Origin: a virus
Taxonomy: Duplodnaviria; Caudoviricetes
IMG/VR virus record: IMGVR_UViG_3300007177_000042
Length of the DNA stretch: 64,000 nt
Reading direction: 5' to 3' (one strand)
In this document: positions 23,948 to 35,542 of the stretch, in pieces
Position numbering within the stretch: the stretch's first letter is position 1
Layout of the letters: the number at the start of each line of letters is the position of its first letter
Notes under the pieces: model-generated
Told to the model about the DNA's origin: nothing
Databases searched by the model: none
What the model saw: only the letters and a program-made list of their open reading frames with translations
Position numbers and translations under genes: made by a program

Positions 23948-26900
23948 ATGTCATTTCCATATCCAACGGTAACTAACTATACTGATCAAGTAAATTACGC
24001 TTCGTATCTTACTACCGATATTTCATCGTTGATGAAACGTGGTCCTACACAAGAAAAGTTTTTTGGATCACAAGAAGATGATTATATCGAATTATCAGTG
24101 TTTGATTCTTCTGACAACTTGAACGTTTGGAAACCAATTGTTCAACCTCCAAACTATCAAACTCGGAACATAGAATATCAAGATTTGCAGAACAATACGT
24201 TAAAAGTGACGTATGAAGAGTTTATACCATCGTTTGTAGTATATGAAAATACTAAGATTTTATTGGATCCGAAATCTGATTTACTCAATCTTGGTATTAC
24301 AAATGGTAGTTACAAACTTGCATATGCATTTCACTCCAATATTGTTGGATCTTATGATAAACAATGTTTGTTGATCAAACAAATTTCGCCATCAAGAAAA
24401 GAAATTAAAGCAATTTTGTTGCTTGACAAAGAAAACTTTACCGATACTGATAAGCGAGAATTTCAAAGCGAGTTCGATTGTTATGTTCAATCCAAAATCG
24501 AAGCACGGGATATTTTACCCGCGTTCGAAACATATTTGAAACAAACATATCTGTTGAATTTTGTAAATACTGCTAGTGATGCAGTAAAATCGTCATTCGG
24601 GCGAGCATATGCCGTCAATGGGTCGGATGGATTGTTGAAGTTATTGAATGAAATATACAACGGGTATCAATTGATTGCATCTGATGTTAATGGTGTTCAG
24701 AAGAATCAAAATTTCATTGGAATTTCACAATATGTGATGTTGATGTTGTATGAAAACTACAACAATTGTTTTACTCATGAACAATATTCTAAGATTCTAG
24801 AAGCGATTGTCAACGAGACTATTGCTCTTAGATTGAATTCAATTCAAAATACCAACAATATTGATACTGAGATTTGCAAAACGTATTTGTTTGACATATT
24901 TAACGGACAAATCCAAACATATTTGTCATTGGTTAACCAAGATTATCAATCCAAATACGTTGGTCCTCTCAGAAACTCCGTAAATTTTGGACAAAATCAA
25001 TCGATAAAAATTTTATCAATCAAGCCATTTTCAGATGGAAGTTTGGTAATCAAACTTCAATCACCTTTGCCTACGACGTTCGGAATCAATACAACGTTTT
25101 GGATTACAAACACAGCGTTGAATCCGATTGTCCAAACGGTGGTACTGGTTGATCTTCCAAAATACGACACATTCTCGATTAAGCCTGCTAATTTTAATCT
25201 GAAGATAAATGATAAGCGTACCTCCAATACTATCACACTAAATTCTACAAGTGATTTGTCGGATGCTACAGACGTTGATTTGATTCTAAAACAACGGTTC
25301 TCCACCATAAACGTGGATTATTCTAAGTTTGAAAATTTTGTGGTATACTCTTCAGCAAAAACACGCATCACGATCTATAAAAACAAACTTAAGCAGATTG
25401 AGATTAAAAATGCATCAATCACTCAACTTCAACAACTTTCATATTCTGATGCATATACATTGGCAAAAATTGATAGCTTAACAAAAGAAATTGATGATAT
25501 CAAACTTTCTTTTGATGGATATGAGTATTATTTGTGGACGAATGATTTTTACAATAGTTTTGATCGTTTTCCAAAATCATATGAAGACGATGCGGATGAA
25601 TATGATGCAAATAATCGTGATGGGCTGATCAATAATTTGCCACAATATCTATTGAATGATGTAAGAAATGATGACTTTTTGATATTCCTTTCGATGATAG
25701 GTCATCATTTTGACAACATTTATATCTACATCGACAAGTTTCCGATGTTGACCTACAACAAAGGAGGACTTGAAAATTCAATACCGAATAATGTATTGGA
25801 TGGAATGCTTGCATCATTTGGTTGGAAGATGGAATCATTAGTCAATGATACGTCGTTGGTTACTAACTATATAAAAGGAACCAACACAACATCGATTTCG
25901 GATAAAGCGAATGTAATAAACAATCGTATTTTAAACTCACTGCCTGCAATATTAAAATCCAAAGGCACAATCGAGTCCGTAAAACTGTTGTTGGCGTGTT
26001 ATGGGGTTCCAGAAAACATACTGAACGTTCGTGAGTTTGGATCGTATTCAGACGTATCACAATCGTTATATTCATTCGACAAATTGGAATATTTGTTGAC
26101 CATGACACCACAGTCAAGTATAGACCTTCCATACACATCCTCCGTAAACACTGTGGAATTTAAAGTTGCGTTTAGCAATTTGTATAGTAAAAAGTACAAT
26201 CTAAGCGACGAAATAGATTTGTTGAAAAAGTATTCGAATACAAATACTTTAGATTATCGCGTATATGCTTATAAGACTTCATTGAATAACAATGGTCGTA
26301 TCGTTTTTGAACTCGACGATCAACGAATTGAATCAAAAACATTGCCTATTTTTGATGGGGGTGTGTATAACGTGATGATTAGAAAATCATCACCTTCATC
26401 CATGTACACTTCTAGTGCAAATGAAGATCTAATACCTACGCAATACGATTTGTTGGTAGATGTCACCGAAGAGGGACAAACACGACTGTACTCCAAGAGT
26501 TCAGCCGTTTTGGGTCATAGCTATAATACTGCTTTCACAAATAGTACATCTTCTAAACTTCGATTTGGATCGAACGTATTTAGTGGGTCGATTGATAAAA
26601 TCAACGTGTGGACCGTTCCAATTTCTGATGACAATTTTGTTGAACATTCTAACAATTTTGAATCATACTATGACAATGATTATGAAAACATAAGAAACAA
26701 CTTGTTTTTCAGATTGTCGTATAGTTATCCTCGACCATTAAGTACAACCAACGAAACTTTTGCATATGGCCAATATACCGCAAGTTTGTACAATATTCCA
26801 TCGGTAACAACATCGCCGGACACAACAACCAACAGTATTACTCAAAATGTTGATTTGTATCAGGACACGCTCGATCTAAGAAAACAATATTCTGGTACAT

Positions 26901-28180
26901 ACGACACTAGCTCGTTATATCCATATGCTAATGTATGTGTTACTGACACACCTTCAACGTTTCCATATAATTTCACAGAATACAACGTTAATCAGTCGTA
27001 TAGACTTTCTAACTACGGACCAAACCTTTTGTGGAATAACAAAATTTCTGTAAAAGATAGACCAGACGTTACGTCAATAACACCTTTCCAAAAATCGACA
27101 CCGTATGATAGTAATATCGATTCTAATTTGATAGGTATTTTCGCATCACCAACGTCAAATAAAAATACAGAAATTCTAAAATTTTTTGGTGACAAAGCTA
27201 TTATTCAGGAACTTGGTGATCCAAGATTGCAATTTTCACAAAGTTATGCACCTTTAGATCATTTTAGAGACGTTTACTATTCGTCCGGCAACCCACCATT
27301 CAGTGGTAAGGTATTGTATCAAGAGTTCATCACTGTGTACAAAATATACTTTGATGCTAGTATTTTTGAATCGATTCGAAATGTTGTTGCTGCAAGAAAT
27401 AAATTGCTGACTGGTATATTGATCGAACCGACCGTATTGGAACGACTAAAATTTCCATCAAAGCCTATCGGTGCAGAGTCTATCGTTACGGATGTAGATT
27501 ATGGATCGGTAATCAAAAACGAATCGGCTGAATCAATTATCGCGTGGAGTAATGATCTTATTCAAGATCAAACCACAATTGGTACATTTGGTACTAATAC
27601 GGAAAAACAAGCAATTCAAGCAAATCCATCATATGTAACACATGTTATAAATAACAATTTTGATGGATCATATATTCGTGACATCAGTTCGGATCCTGAA
27701 TTATTTGTGTGTGGTCTATCAGATGGCTCTGGAAGATATATCACATATTTGGATGTAAATATCAGTGGATCAAACACATATTTGTCTTCCGTTCCACATT
27801 ACATTTGGAGTGTACCGTACAGTTCTTCTGTAGAAGCTTATGATACAGATGGATTGGTTTATAGTTATTACAAGGTGTTTGAACGAATCGTTGTCACTCC
27901 TAGTTCATCTTTATATTTGGACCCAAATATAGTTGGTACACCACATCCTGGCTGTACGTTGAACTACTTGGGTCACAGACCATCAGTTTTCAGTTCAAAT
28001 ACATATAAGGTATGGTCTGATGATGCTACGCGATATGGATTTTTCAAAAGAAACAGTCAGTTATCGATTTATACGGTCGATAAATGTGGAGATCCAGATC
28101 AGACAAGTCCGATTGAAAGTACGATAGTGACGAACACATCTATCACTACCAATAACAGTGGAGTTTTGACAGTAAACTAA
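23948..28180 (+). CDS. large baseplate wedge/tail protein (1410 aa)
   Basis: MIGHHFDNIY, ILKSKGT..SVKLLLACYG (P2 gpI/gp7-like), LamG-like segment; baseplate context. Confidence 0.65.
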   Translation: MSFPYPTVTNYTDQVNYASYLTTDISSLMKRGPTQEKFFGSQEDDYIELSVFDSSDNLNVWKPIVQPPNYQTRNIEYQDLQNNTLKVTYEEFIPSFVVYENTKILLDPKSDLLNLGITNGSYKLAYAFHSNIVGSYDKQCLLIKQISPSRKEIKAILLLDKENFTDTDKREFQSEFDCYVQSKIEARDILPAFETYLKQTYLLNFVNTASDAVKSSFGRAYAVNGSDGLLKLLNEIYNGYQLIASDVNGVQKNQNFIGISQYVMLMLYENYNNCFTHEQYSKILEAIVNETIALRLNSIQNTNNIDTEICKTYLFDIFNGQIQTYLSLVNQDYQSKYVGPLRNSVNFGQNQSIKILSIKPFSDGSLVIKLQSPLPTTFGINTTFWITNTALNPIVQTVVLVDLPKYDTFSIKPANFNLKINDKRTSNTITLNSTSDLSDATDVDLILKQRFSTINVDYSKFENFVVYSSAKTRITIYKNKLKQIEIKNASITQLQQLSYSDAYTLAKIDSLTKEIDDIKLSFDGYEYYLWTNDFYNSFDRFPKSYEDDADEYDANNRDGLINNLPQYLLNDVRNDDFLIFLSMIGHHFDNIYIYIDKFPMLTYNKGGLENSIPNNVLDGMLASFGWKMESLVNDTSLVTNYIKGTNTTSISDKANVINNRILNSLPAILKSKGTIESVKLLLACYGVPENILNVREFGSYSDVSQSLYSFDKLEYLLTMTPQSSIDLPYTSSVNTVEFKVAFSNLYSKKYNLSDEIDLLKKYSNTNTLDYRVYAYKTSLNNNGRIVFELDDQRIESKTLPIFDGGVYNVMIRKSSPSSMYTSSANEDLIPTQYDLLVDVTEEGQTRLYSKSSAVLGHSYNTAFTNSTSSKLRFGSNVFSGSIDKINVWTVPISDDNFVEHSNNFESYYDNDYENIRNNLFFRLSYSYPRPLSTTNETFAYGQYTASLYNIPSVTTSPDTTTNSITQNVDLYQDTLDLRKQYSGTYDTSSLYPYANVCVTDTPSTFPYNFTEYNVNQSYRLSNYGPNLLWNNKISVKDRPDVTSITPFQKSTPYDSNIDSNLIGIFASPTSNKNTEILKFFGDKAIIQELGDPRLQFSQSYAPLDHFRDVYYSSGNPPFSGKVLYQEFITVYKIYFDASIFESIRNVVAARNKLLTGILIEPTVLERLKFPSKPIGAESIVTDVDYGSVIKNESAESIIAWSNDLIQDQTTIGTFGTNTEKQAIQANPSYVTHVINNNFDGSYIRDISSDPELFVCGLSDGSGRYITYLDVNISGSNTYLSSVPHYIWSVPYSSSVEAYDTDGLVYSYYKVFERIVVTPSSSLYLDPNIVGTPHPGCTLNYLGHRPSVFSSNTYKVWSDDATRYGFFKRNSQLSIYTVDKCGDPDQTSPIESTIVTNTSITTNNSGVLTVN

Positions 28181-28230
28181 GAAAAAATAAATAAAAAAGA
28201 CACAACAATCTATACTTATAGACAAGATAT

Positions 28231-28863
28231 ATGGCATACGTAGACAATAAAACTATTACCGTAGATGCGGTTCTCACCAAAAGAGGACGTGAACTACTTG
28301 CTCAAACAGGAAATTTGAATATTACATCGTTTGCTTTGGCCGACGATGAAATCGATTATTCTCTGTACAATCCAAATCATCCACAAGGAAGCGCGTACTA
28401 CGACATTGCCATCAGAAATACACCTGTGTTTCAGCCGCTTTCTGATGAAACACAATCTCTAAAATACAAATTGATAACTCTTGCACAGGGCGTGGTTTCA
28501 ATACCTGTGATCAGCGTATCTCTTGCATCTATTGATACACAAAAAGACAACAAGTCTGATTTTATCATTTCCCCGAGTACCAATCCAGCATACAATCTGA
28601 CACTCGGATATACTGCAATTCTTGGGAACAAAAAAGTAGGAACCTTGATTGTAGATCAAACAAATTCTGTAAATAGTTCTACAAGTACAGTTCCTTCATT
28701 TGCGGGCGATTTGATCTCGACCACTTCACAAGTTGTTGTTGGAAATCGTTTCCGATTTGTTCCTAATACATCGTTGACCACAACAACATCTACTACCATC
28801 ACAATTGTAGGTAACGAAAGTGGTGGATCGGTTTCGATTCCTGTAACAGTAAGAATTTCTTAA
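28231..28863 (+). CDS. tail/baseplate-associated structural protein
   Basis: VLTKRGRELLA...ITSFALADDEIDY resembles tail-collar fibre N-termini. Confidence 0.6.
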   Translation: MAYVDNKTITVDAVLTKRGRELLAQTGNLNITSFALADDEIDYSLYNPNHPQGSAYYDIAIRNTPVFQPLSDETQSLKYKLITLAQGVVSIPVISVSLASIDTQKDNKSDFIISPSTNPAYNLTLGYTAILGNKKVGTLIVDQTNSVNSSTSTVPSFAGDLISTTSQVVVGNRFRFVPNTSLTTTTSTTITIVGNESGGSVSIPVTVRIS

Positions 28864-28867
28864 ACCT

Positions 28868-30118
28868 ATGATTTATAAAGCATTTGAACAAGCCGACATT
28901 GTAGCGGGAAGAGCGGTAAAAGTTTCTACCGGATTTTTTGAGGGAGGAACGTTATTCGCATCACAGTCTTTGTTCGTAACAAGCAGTACACAAGCTACAA
29001 TCTCCGGATCAAACAGATACGACGTATACAATGGATACTATTATCTTGATGTATTTCCGTCATCTGCACAGAGTTCATCTGCTGATCAAATCTTTAGTAT
29101 TGCATATGGAAATGTAAATGGATACGGAACAAGTTATGACGAATATACCAATATTCAGGTTCGTCCAACTAAGTCTGTGTTTAAACAATACGTAAATTCT
29201 CTCAATAACGGTGAAACGTTTTCGGTAAAAACACAAACCGGTGTTGGTGGAACGATTTCGTCTGTATCTCTTTCAACCGATTTTGTTGCTTTATCCTTTA
29301 ATTCTCAAAAAACAAAAGACACATTGGATCCGGGTCAATTTCAATTAACTTTGACAAATGATGCAGCAGGAAAGTGTTGGCGTATTATCGATGATTCCAC
29401 ACTCAATAGTGGTTCTCTTGATGTATATAATCTTATTTTGGGCGAGTATGATGCAAATGGCAACGTGAAGTATTGGAATCCATCTGTTAATCCTACAGGA
29501 TCTCTGGATCCATCTGGAAATTATACAGGCAGTCTTTCACAAACACAATACTTTCCATCATACACACTTGCTTCGGGCACCACAACGGGTGGAATTGGAT
29601 TGTTTTATCCAAAAACAGGAACGATTATTTTTAATCCCGACTTTTTAGCACTGGTATCACAATACACAAGCAACATGGCAAATACGATTCCGGTGTTGAG
29701 TGCTGCAAGCAACTATAGAAGCACAGCACCATCGTCGGGTGATCCAAATAGACCAACGGCACGAGCAGTTTACAATATGGTTCAAGGTGTAGGAACTAAT
29801 ACTGACGAACAAATGAGAATACGTCGATCTGAATATGTTCCTTCACGCCATTATTTTATACGTGTAAAAAACCGTGAGTTTAATTACAGTAATAATCCAA
29901 CGTTCTCATATCAATCATCTCAAACTGATGCAAACGGCGTATTTCATCAAAAAGGTGATATCGTTCAACAAGAATTTTTGACAGATCCTAAAGTATATCC
30001 AACGTCTGTTGGATTGTACAATAGTAACAATGAATTGGTTGCTGTGGCTAAATTAAGTAGACCTTCTCAAAAAACATTCACCAATGAATTGTTGATAAAA
30101 GTAAGACTCGACTTTTAA
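28868..30118 (+). CDS. structural protein, paralog of the module split across the next two genes
   Basis: EFNYSNNPT and VGLYNSNNELVAVAKLSRP match the C-terminus of 32899-35223. Confidence 0.65.
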   Translation: MIYKAFEQADIVAGRAVKVSTGFFEGGTLFASQSLFVTSSTQATISGSNRYDVYNGYYYLDVFPSSAQSSSADQIFSIAYGNVNGYGTSYDEYTNIQVRPTKSVFKQYVNSLNNGETFSVKTQTGVGGTISSVSLSTDFVALSFNSQKTKDTLDPGQFQLTLTNDAAGKCWRIIDDSTLNSGSLDVYNLILGEYDANGNVKYWNPSVNPTGSLDPSGNYTGSLSQTQYFPSYTLASGTTTGGIGLFYPKTGTIIFNPDFLALVSQYTSNMANTIPVLSAASNYRSTAPSSGDPNRPTARAVYNMVQGVGTNTDEQMRIRRSEYVPSRHYFIRVKNREFNYSNNPTFSYQSSQTDANGVFHQKGDIVQQEFLTDPKVYPTSVGLYNSNNELVAVAKLSRPSQKTFTNELLIKVRLDF

Positions 30119-30122
30119 ATAG

Positions 30123-32894
30123 ATGATTAAGCCAATTCAATCAGATGAAACATTCAATACACCGTTCATATCACAAAAGTCGTGGGAGTTAACATCCAAT
30201 GATTCGATATTAACGGTTGAGGATGGTTATTTTGTAAGTAGTAGTTATAACTTCTATGATTCATCATCGAGTTATGAATATGGTTATCCATTAGAACCAC
30301 AAAATCCTAATGGTACTTATAAAAGACTGATATATAATTTAGTAAAAAATGCGTACTACAACAACAGTGTAGTTAATTCTTTTGGTTTAGAAACACTGGA
30401 TTCGGACAAAGTAGTAAAGATTCTTCAAAATTCATTGGTAAGAATGACTCTTCCAAGAGTTTATTTTGGAGAAAAAATAAGACCAGACTCAGTTGTAATT
30501 ATTGATAGTTCCAAAGACAAAGACTATACCATCTACGATGACAAATATGGTAATCTGTATGTTGACGGAACAAACTTCATTAATTATACCGATACAACAT
30601 CTCGTTTGTATTCCGCTCCTTCCATATCATTCACAGCATCTCCTGTCACTGGTTCTGCTCCATTAACAACTGTTTTTTCTATATCACAGTCCGGAAACGC
30701 TACCGAATATCTGTGGGATTTTGGCGATGGTTATACTCTATTTAGAACATCATCTGCTGCTTTTACACATATTTATAGCAGCCCAGGAAAATACACAGTA
30801 GGGTTGACAGCTACAGGCATAGGAGGAACAACAACTACAGTTCGCAAATCATACATTTCGGCTACTGTATTAATTCCATCTCCAGTAGTGGATTTTATTG
30901 GAACCCCAACAAACGAATACTATCCGTTTACAGCATCCTTTACTAATCTTACAACGGGTGCAACTGTATATGAATGGAATTTCGGAGATGGATCGACAAG
31001 CAGTCTAGAAAATCCTACTCACGTATATACTACATCCGGGGTGTATGATGTCACACTTACCGCATTTGGTTCGGGTGGATCCACAACTGTTACCAAATCA
31101 GCGTATATTACATCTCTGGCTACACCGGTGCCTACAGTAACATTCTATGGAAATCCATTAACTGGTTATGCTGGATTAACATTAATATCATTCACAGGTC
31201 TTGTTAGTGGTGTCGGAATTACTGGATATTCTTGGAATTTTGGAGATAATACATCAAGCGCTGTTCAAAATCCTACCCACACATACTATACACCCGGAAC
31301 TTATAATGTGGAATTTAGCGCATCAAATGCAGGAGGATTTGGTGTAACATCGAGAGCTAACTATGTCACAATTAGTGCTGTACCGGCGCCGGTGGCTGCA
31401 TTTACATTCACACCACCAACCGGAGACATTCCTATTACCGCTTCATTTACCAACAATACAACTGGTATCGGAAGCATAACATATTTGTGGGATTTTGGCG
31501 ATACCAATACAAGTACAGATGTAAATCCAACACATATTTATAGTTCATCTGCTGGCACCAAGACAATAACATTAACAGCCACAAACCTTGGTGGGTCAAG
31601 TGTGGTATCACAATCAATTGTTTTATATGATCCATCACTGCGTCTACAATACAGTCCTTCTAGCCAATTGATGAATTGGGTCGGATCTGACAACACTGTA
31701 TACAATAATGTTACTCTAGCAAGTTTTGATACCATCGTAGATCCAACACTTGTATCTGTGATCGAAATTACGAGTTCTGCTATACCAATAACAACAATAA
31801 GCAACACTGCTTATTATACACCGTTAAAGTCATTGAGAATTCAGAATCAAAATCTTACAACATTGACGGGTATAGGCATCCCTAATCTTGAAGAAATAGA
31901 TCTTACTAACAATGATTTATTGAGTAATTTGGACTTGTCCGATTTGCCAAATTTAAAAACTATTGTTTGTAAAGATAATAGTGCGTTAACGAGTAGTTTA
32001 GATGTCAGTGGAAAATCATCATTGTTTTGGTTGGACTGTTCTCAAAATCCAAATATAACCAATATCGATGTGACAGGAAATACTGGTTTGTCAGTGATAT
32101 TTGCATATCTTAATCCAAGTCTCACATCAATTACAGGATTATCAACATGCACCAATGTAACAACGTTACAACTTTGGAATAGCAATTTTACAGGATCATT
32201 ATTGGATCTGTCGGGATGTTCCAATTTGAAAACTATACAAATAAGTGGAAATCCTAACTTGTCAGCGATAGATGTAACAAATAATCCATTGTTGGACTTT
32301 TTGTACTGTCAGGATGACAACATAAGTTCTATTGATTTGACAAACAACCCCGAACTGAAAACGTTGGGTATCAATGGAAATATTTTGACTTCGTTGAATT
32401 TGACAAACAATACAAAACTTACAACGTTGCTTGCTTATCAGAATACTTCATTGTCTTCTATAACAGGATTATCCTCATTGATCGATCTAGTCACATTGAA
32501 TGTGTACAATTGTTCTATTCCTTCGATAAATCTTACCTCTAACATTAATTTGGAGACGGTTGGAGTTGGTGGTACATCGTTGACTTCTATAAATCTCACA
32601 TCATGTACAAAACTTAAATCACTTGATGCAACGAATTCTATATCTATTACCACATTGAATTTGCCTTCAACTGTGCCTTCTCTAAGAACTGTACGCATTG
32701 GTGGATTGAGCCTGACACAATCTGAAATAAATAGCATATTAGTCAAACTTGATGCAAATGGGTTGACTGGTGGTACATTTAACTCGGCTGATACAGGATC
32801 GCCTGGTAGTGGAACAAATGCTGTGCCATCCGGATCTGGACTCACAGCAAAGGCAAATTTGATTGCAAAAGGATGGTCGGTAATTACAAATTGA
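30123..32894 (+). CDS. protein with 4 PKD domains and leucine-rich repeats (putative adhesin/receptor-binding)
   Basis: Four W[DN]FGD-containing PKD repeats at about 30620-31630; LxxLxxxxN repeats at about 31790-32700. Confidence 0.85.
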   Translation: MIKPIQSDETFNTPFISQKSWELTSNDSILTVEDGYFVSSSYNFYDSSSSYEYGYPLEPQNPNGTYKRLIYNLVKNAYYNNSVVNSFGLETLDSDKVVKILQNSLVRMTLPRVYFGEKIRPDSVVIIDSSKDKDYTIYDDKYGNLYVDGTNFINYTDTTSRLYSAPSISFTASPVTGSAPLTTVFSISQSGNATEYLWDFGDGYTLFRTSSAAFTHIYSSPGKYTVGLTATGIGGTTTTVRKSYISATVLIPSPVVDFIGTPTNEYYPFTASFTNLTTGATVYEWNFGDGSTSSLENPTHVYTTSGVYDVTLTAFGSGGSTTVTKSAYITSLATPVPTVTFYGNPLTGYAGLTLISFTGLVSGVGITGYSWNFGDNTSSAVQNPTHTYYTPGTYNVEFSASNAGGFGVTSRANYVTISAVPAPVAAFTFTPPTGDIPITASFTNNTTGIGSITYLWDFGDTNTSTDVNPTHIYSSSAGTKTITLTATNLGGSSVVSQSIVLYDPSLRLQYSPSSQLMNWVGSDNTVYNNVTLASFDTIVDPTLVSVIEITSSAIPITTISNTAYYTPLKSLRIQNQNLTTLTGIGIPNLEEIDLTNNDLLSNLDLSDLPNLKTIVCKDNSALTSSLDVSGKSSLFWLDCSQNPNITNIDVTGNTGLSVIFAYLNPSLTSITGLSTCTNVTTLQLWNSNFTGSLLDLSGCSNLKTIQISGNPNLSAIDVTNNPLLDFLYCQDDNISSIDLTNNPELKTLGINGNILTSLNLTNNTKLTTLLAYQNTSLSSITGLSSLIDLVTLNVYNCSIPSINLTSNINLETVGVGGTSLTSINLTSCTKLKSLDATNSISITTLNLPSTVPSLRTVRIGGLSLTQSEINSILVKLDANGLTGGTFNSADTGSPGSGTNAVPSGSGLTAKANLIAKGWSVITN

Positions 32895-32898
32895 TTTT

Positions 32899-35223
32899 AT
32901 GAATGGAACAATAGGTGCTGTAACATTGTATGGATATAAAGTGGAGGCACACGGACGATTTGGTGCTGTGGGCAATCCACATCCACGACACGCATCTTTG
33001 ATTGGTACAGGAAGTATCGAAGTTTATCGTTATGATCCTTCTGTGGGAACATATTCATACTATGGACTTGCACAATCAAGAACGGCTGGATCGTCTGGAA
33101 CAGGTGGAACGGGTGGTAGTAGCGCAATAATGATCGCGGATCAGTATGGAAAATCTTTTGATCTGTACAATAATGTATTTGTAATCGGAGATCCTTATTT
33201 TACGGGTTCGTACAATGGAACCACATATCCATACAACAGTATGGTGGATGTATATTTGCTCAATTATACATCATCGACACAATCGACATTAAATTCTACT
33301 TTACAATATCCGACAAAATTAAACTCACCTCTAGGCACGTCATACAATAGTTTTGGTAATTCTGTATCTGTAAACAATAAACACATTGTTGTTGGTGCAA
33401 ATGAAAGTGGCAATGGCAAAGTATATGTTTACACTTATACGACTGGTTCAAATTCCGTTTCTGTTTCTGGATCACCGGTATTGTTAAACGCTGTACGTTC
33501 TGGAAGTAAATTTGGTACTGTTGTAAGAATAGATAAATCCGGTAGCAATTCTATTTTGGTTTCGGAAAGTCCTACTATTTCAAATCCAAAAGTTTATTTG
33601 TATGATAGTTCTTCTTCCGGGTGGACGTTATCACATACATTTTCTTCTATAACTGGTTCTAAAAATGTTCCTTTTGATGATTTCGAGTCATACAATTATG
33701 TTAAGAACAGTATAGACGGTTTTGGAACTGACATTCAAATAAATAATGATACCATTGTGATTGGATCTCCAACGGATGCTAGCTACTATGAATATAGTGG
33801 TTCCACAACACAGCATAACCGTGGAGCTGTATATATTTACAGCAAAACAGATTGTCCTACAGACTACACAAATGAGAATAGCATTTATGCTCAGGGCGGA
33901 CAAGTTTATTGGGATTTGGAGTTGAAATATATCGGAGACAAAAACACGATCAAATCAAACAAACTAGGATGTTCTGTTGATGTATTTCAAAACAAAATAA
34001 TTGCAGGATGTACACCTTCGGTAAATCTATACAATACAAGATCTGACGTATCTAGTTCAATTAGTCAGTCGTATGACGATACCGATATTATTGTCGGTCA
34101 ATATGAATTTTTTGAAAAGTCTGGATCGATAGTAACTCCGGTTACATATGATTACAAGAAAAAATCAATAGGATATCCGTATATGTCGTATGGGTACGAT
34201 GTTGCAATTAGCGAAAAAGCTATATTTGTTGGTTCCCCATATATCATTTCTGATTTTACCTCTAGCGCTACATTTGTTGTTAGTCCGCCCGTATCCCAGA
34301 TTGATTTGATTAACATGAGAGGTCATGTGTATATTTCTACGCTTGATTCTCTACGAACAAATTATCATGCGGGTAATGTATTTTATCGTAACGGTGAAAT
34401 TGTGTTCTCCAACAGTGGTTCACAATTCGTAAACATGTTAAAAACGAATGACACCGGTGAATACAAATATGACCTCACATATGACGGTTATTATACAATC
34501 AATGAAAAATCGATCATATGTACGATAAACCCTGGCGAATTTAATGTGAGCTCTAACCCAACTGCATTAAATTATGTCAATCCTACATTTGATTTACATG
34601 GTGACGGTGAGTTTGATTTTAGAGATCTCAACCTAATACTACTGTATATCGTTGATATTAATACGCCCGGAATTCCAACGTTTTCAACGGACGACACAAT
34701 TTGGGATGACTATGTGATCGAAGATGATACCGAACGTAGTTTGTTCGAATATTACAAATCGTACTATGAATACGGTCGTTATACACTAAAATTAGAATAT
34801 CAAAAATTCTATGATCAGGTAAGATCGTTGGAGTCCCAGTTTGATTTTGATGGTGATGGAAAAATAACAATCAACGATGCAAAAATACTATGGAAACATT
34901 TTGTTAAAAAACTGGACGATGATTCTTATCAAAAGCTTGTAAATCCGTTTTCGACCCGTAAAACATTAACAGATGTAGTTGCGTATTTAACTTCTGTGAC
35001 ATCAAAATACGCCACAACCGATGGGATTCCTCAAATTAAAAGTGTATTTTCCGAATACAATTATAGTTCGTCATTGGATATTACTGGTTCATATTTAGCA
35101 CCATATATCACGTCCATTGGATTGTATTCTGGGTGTGATTTGGTTGCTATAGCAAAATTGTCTTCCCCTATCAAGAATAGTGGTGAATACCCACTAAATT
35201 TTTTGATTAAATGGGACATCTAA
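32899..35223 (+). CDS. FG-GAP/beta-propeller-like protein with EF-hand/dockerin-like loops and conserved C-terminal module
   Basis: FGNSVSV..IVVGA, FGTDIQI..IVIGSP repeats; DLHGDGEFDFRDL and DFDGDGKITINDA. Confidence 0.7.
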   Translation: MNGTIGAVTLYGYKVEAHGRFGAVGNPHPRHASLIGTGSIEVYRYDPSVGTYSYYGLAQSRTAGSSGTGGTGGSSAIMIADQYGKSFDLYNNVFVIGDPYFTGSYNGTTYPYNSMVDVYLLNYTSSTQSTLNSTLQYPTKLNSPLGTSYNSFGNSVSVNNKHIVVGANESGNGKVYVYTYTTGSNSVSVSGSPVLLNAVRSGSKFGTVVRIDKSGSNSILVSESPTISNPKVYLYDSSSSGWTLSHTFSSITGSKNVPFDDFESYNYVKNSIDGFGTDIQINNDTIVIGSPTDASYYEYSGSTTQHNRGAVYIYSKTDCPTDYTNENSIYAQGGQVYWDLELKYIGDKNTIKSNKLGCSVDVFQNKIIAGCTPSVNLYNTRSDVSSSISQSYDDTDIIVGQYEFFEKSGSIVTPVTYDYKKKSIGYPYMSYGYDVAISEKAIFVGSPYIISDFTSSATFVVSPPVSQIDLINMRGHVYISTLDSLRTNYHAGNVFYRNGEIVFSNSGSQFVNMLKTNDTGEYKYDLTYDGYYTINEKSIICTINPGEFNVSSNPTALNYVNPTFDLHGDGEFDFRDLNLILLYIVDINTPGIPTFSTDDTIWDDYVIEDDTERSLFEYYKSYYEYGRYTLKLEYQKFYDQVRSLESQFDFDGDGKITINDAKILWKHFVKKLDDDSYQKLVNPFSTRKTLTDVVAYLTSVTSKYATTDGIPQIKSVFSEYNYSSSLDITGSYLAPYITSIGLYSGCDLVAIAKLSSPIKNSGEYPLNFLIKWDI

Positions 35224-35253
35224 CCATATTTATTATACAAAAGATAGAATCAT

Positions 35254-35526
35254 ATGCCTAATCCATCAGACAGACCATCGTTGACTACGGATCTTACTAC
35301 CAGATATCAAAAAAGCAAGGTAGGCGGGGCGTTTGATGCTCGAGCAGCAGGCATACAGGGAGGACAAAACAATCCTGTGGATAACTTTCCAAACGACGCT
35401 GCTAATGGTTTTGTTCTCGATAAGAGAAATCAAATCATGGTTAGTGATTTCAAAGATGTAAAAAACAACAAATCTGGACTTTCATTGTATTTAAAGGGAT
35501 TTAGCAACGAAAAATACAAGAAGTAA
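35254..35526 (+). CDS. hypothetical protein
   Basis: 90-aa ORF after CATATTTATT. Confidence 0.75.
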   Translation: MPNPSDRPSLTTDLTTRYQKSKVGGAFDARAAGIQGGQNNPVDNFPNDAANGFVLDKRNQIMVSDFKDVKNNKSGLSLYLKGFSNEKYKK

Positions 35527-35542
35527 AAATACAAAATAAGTT

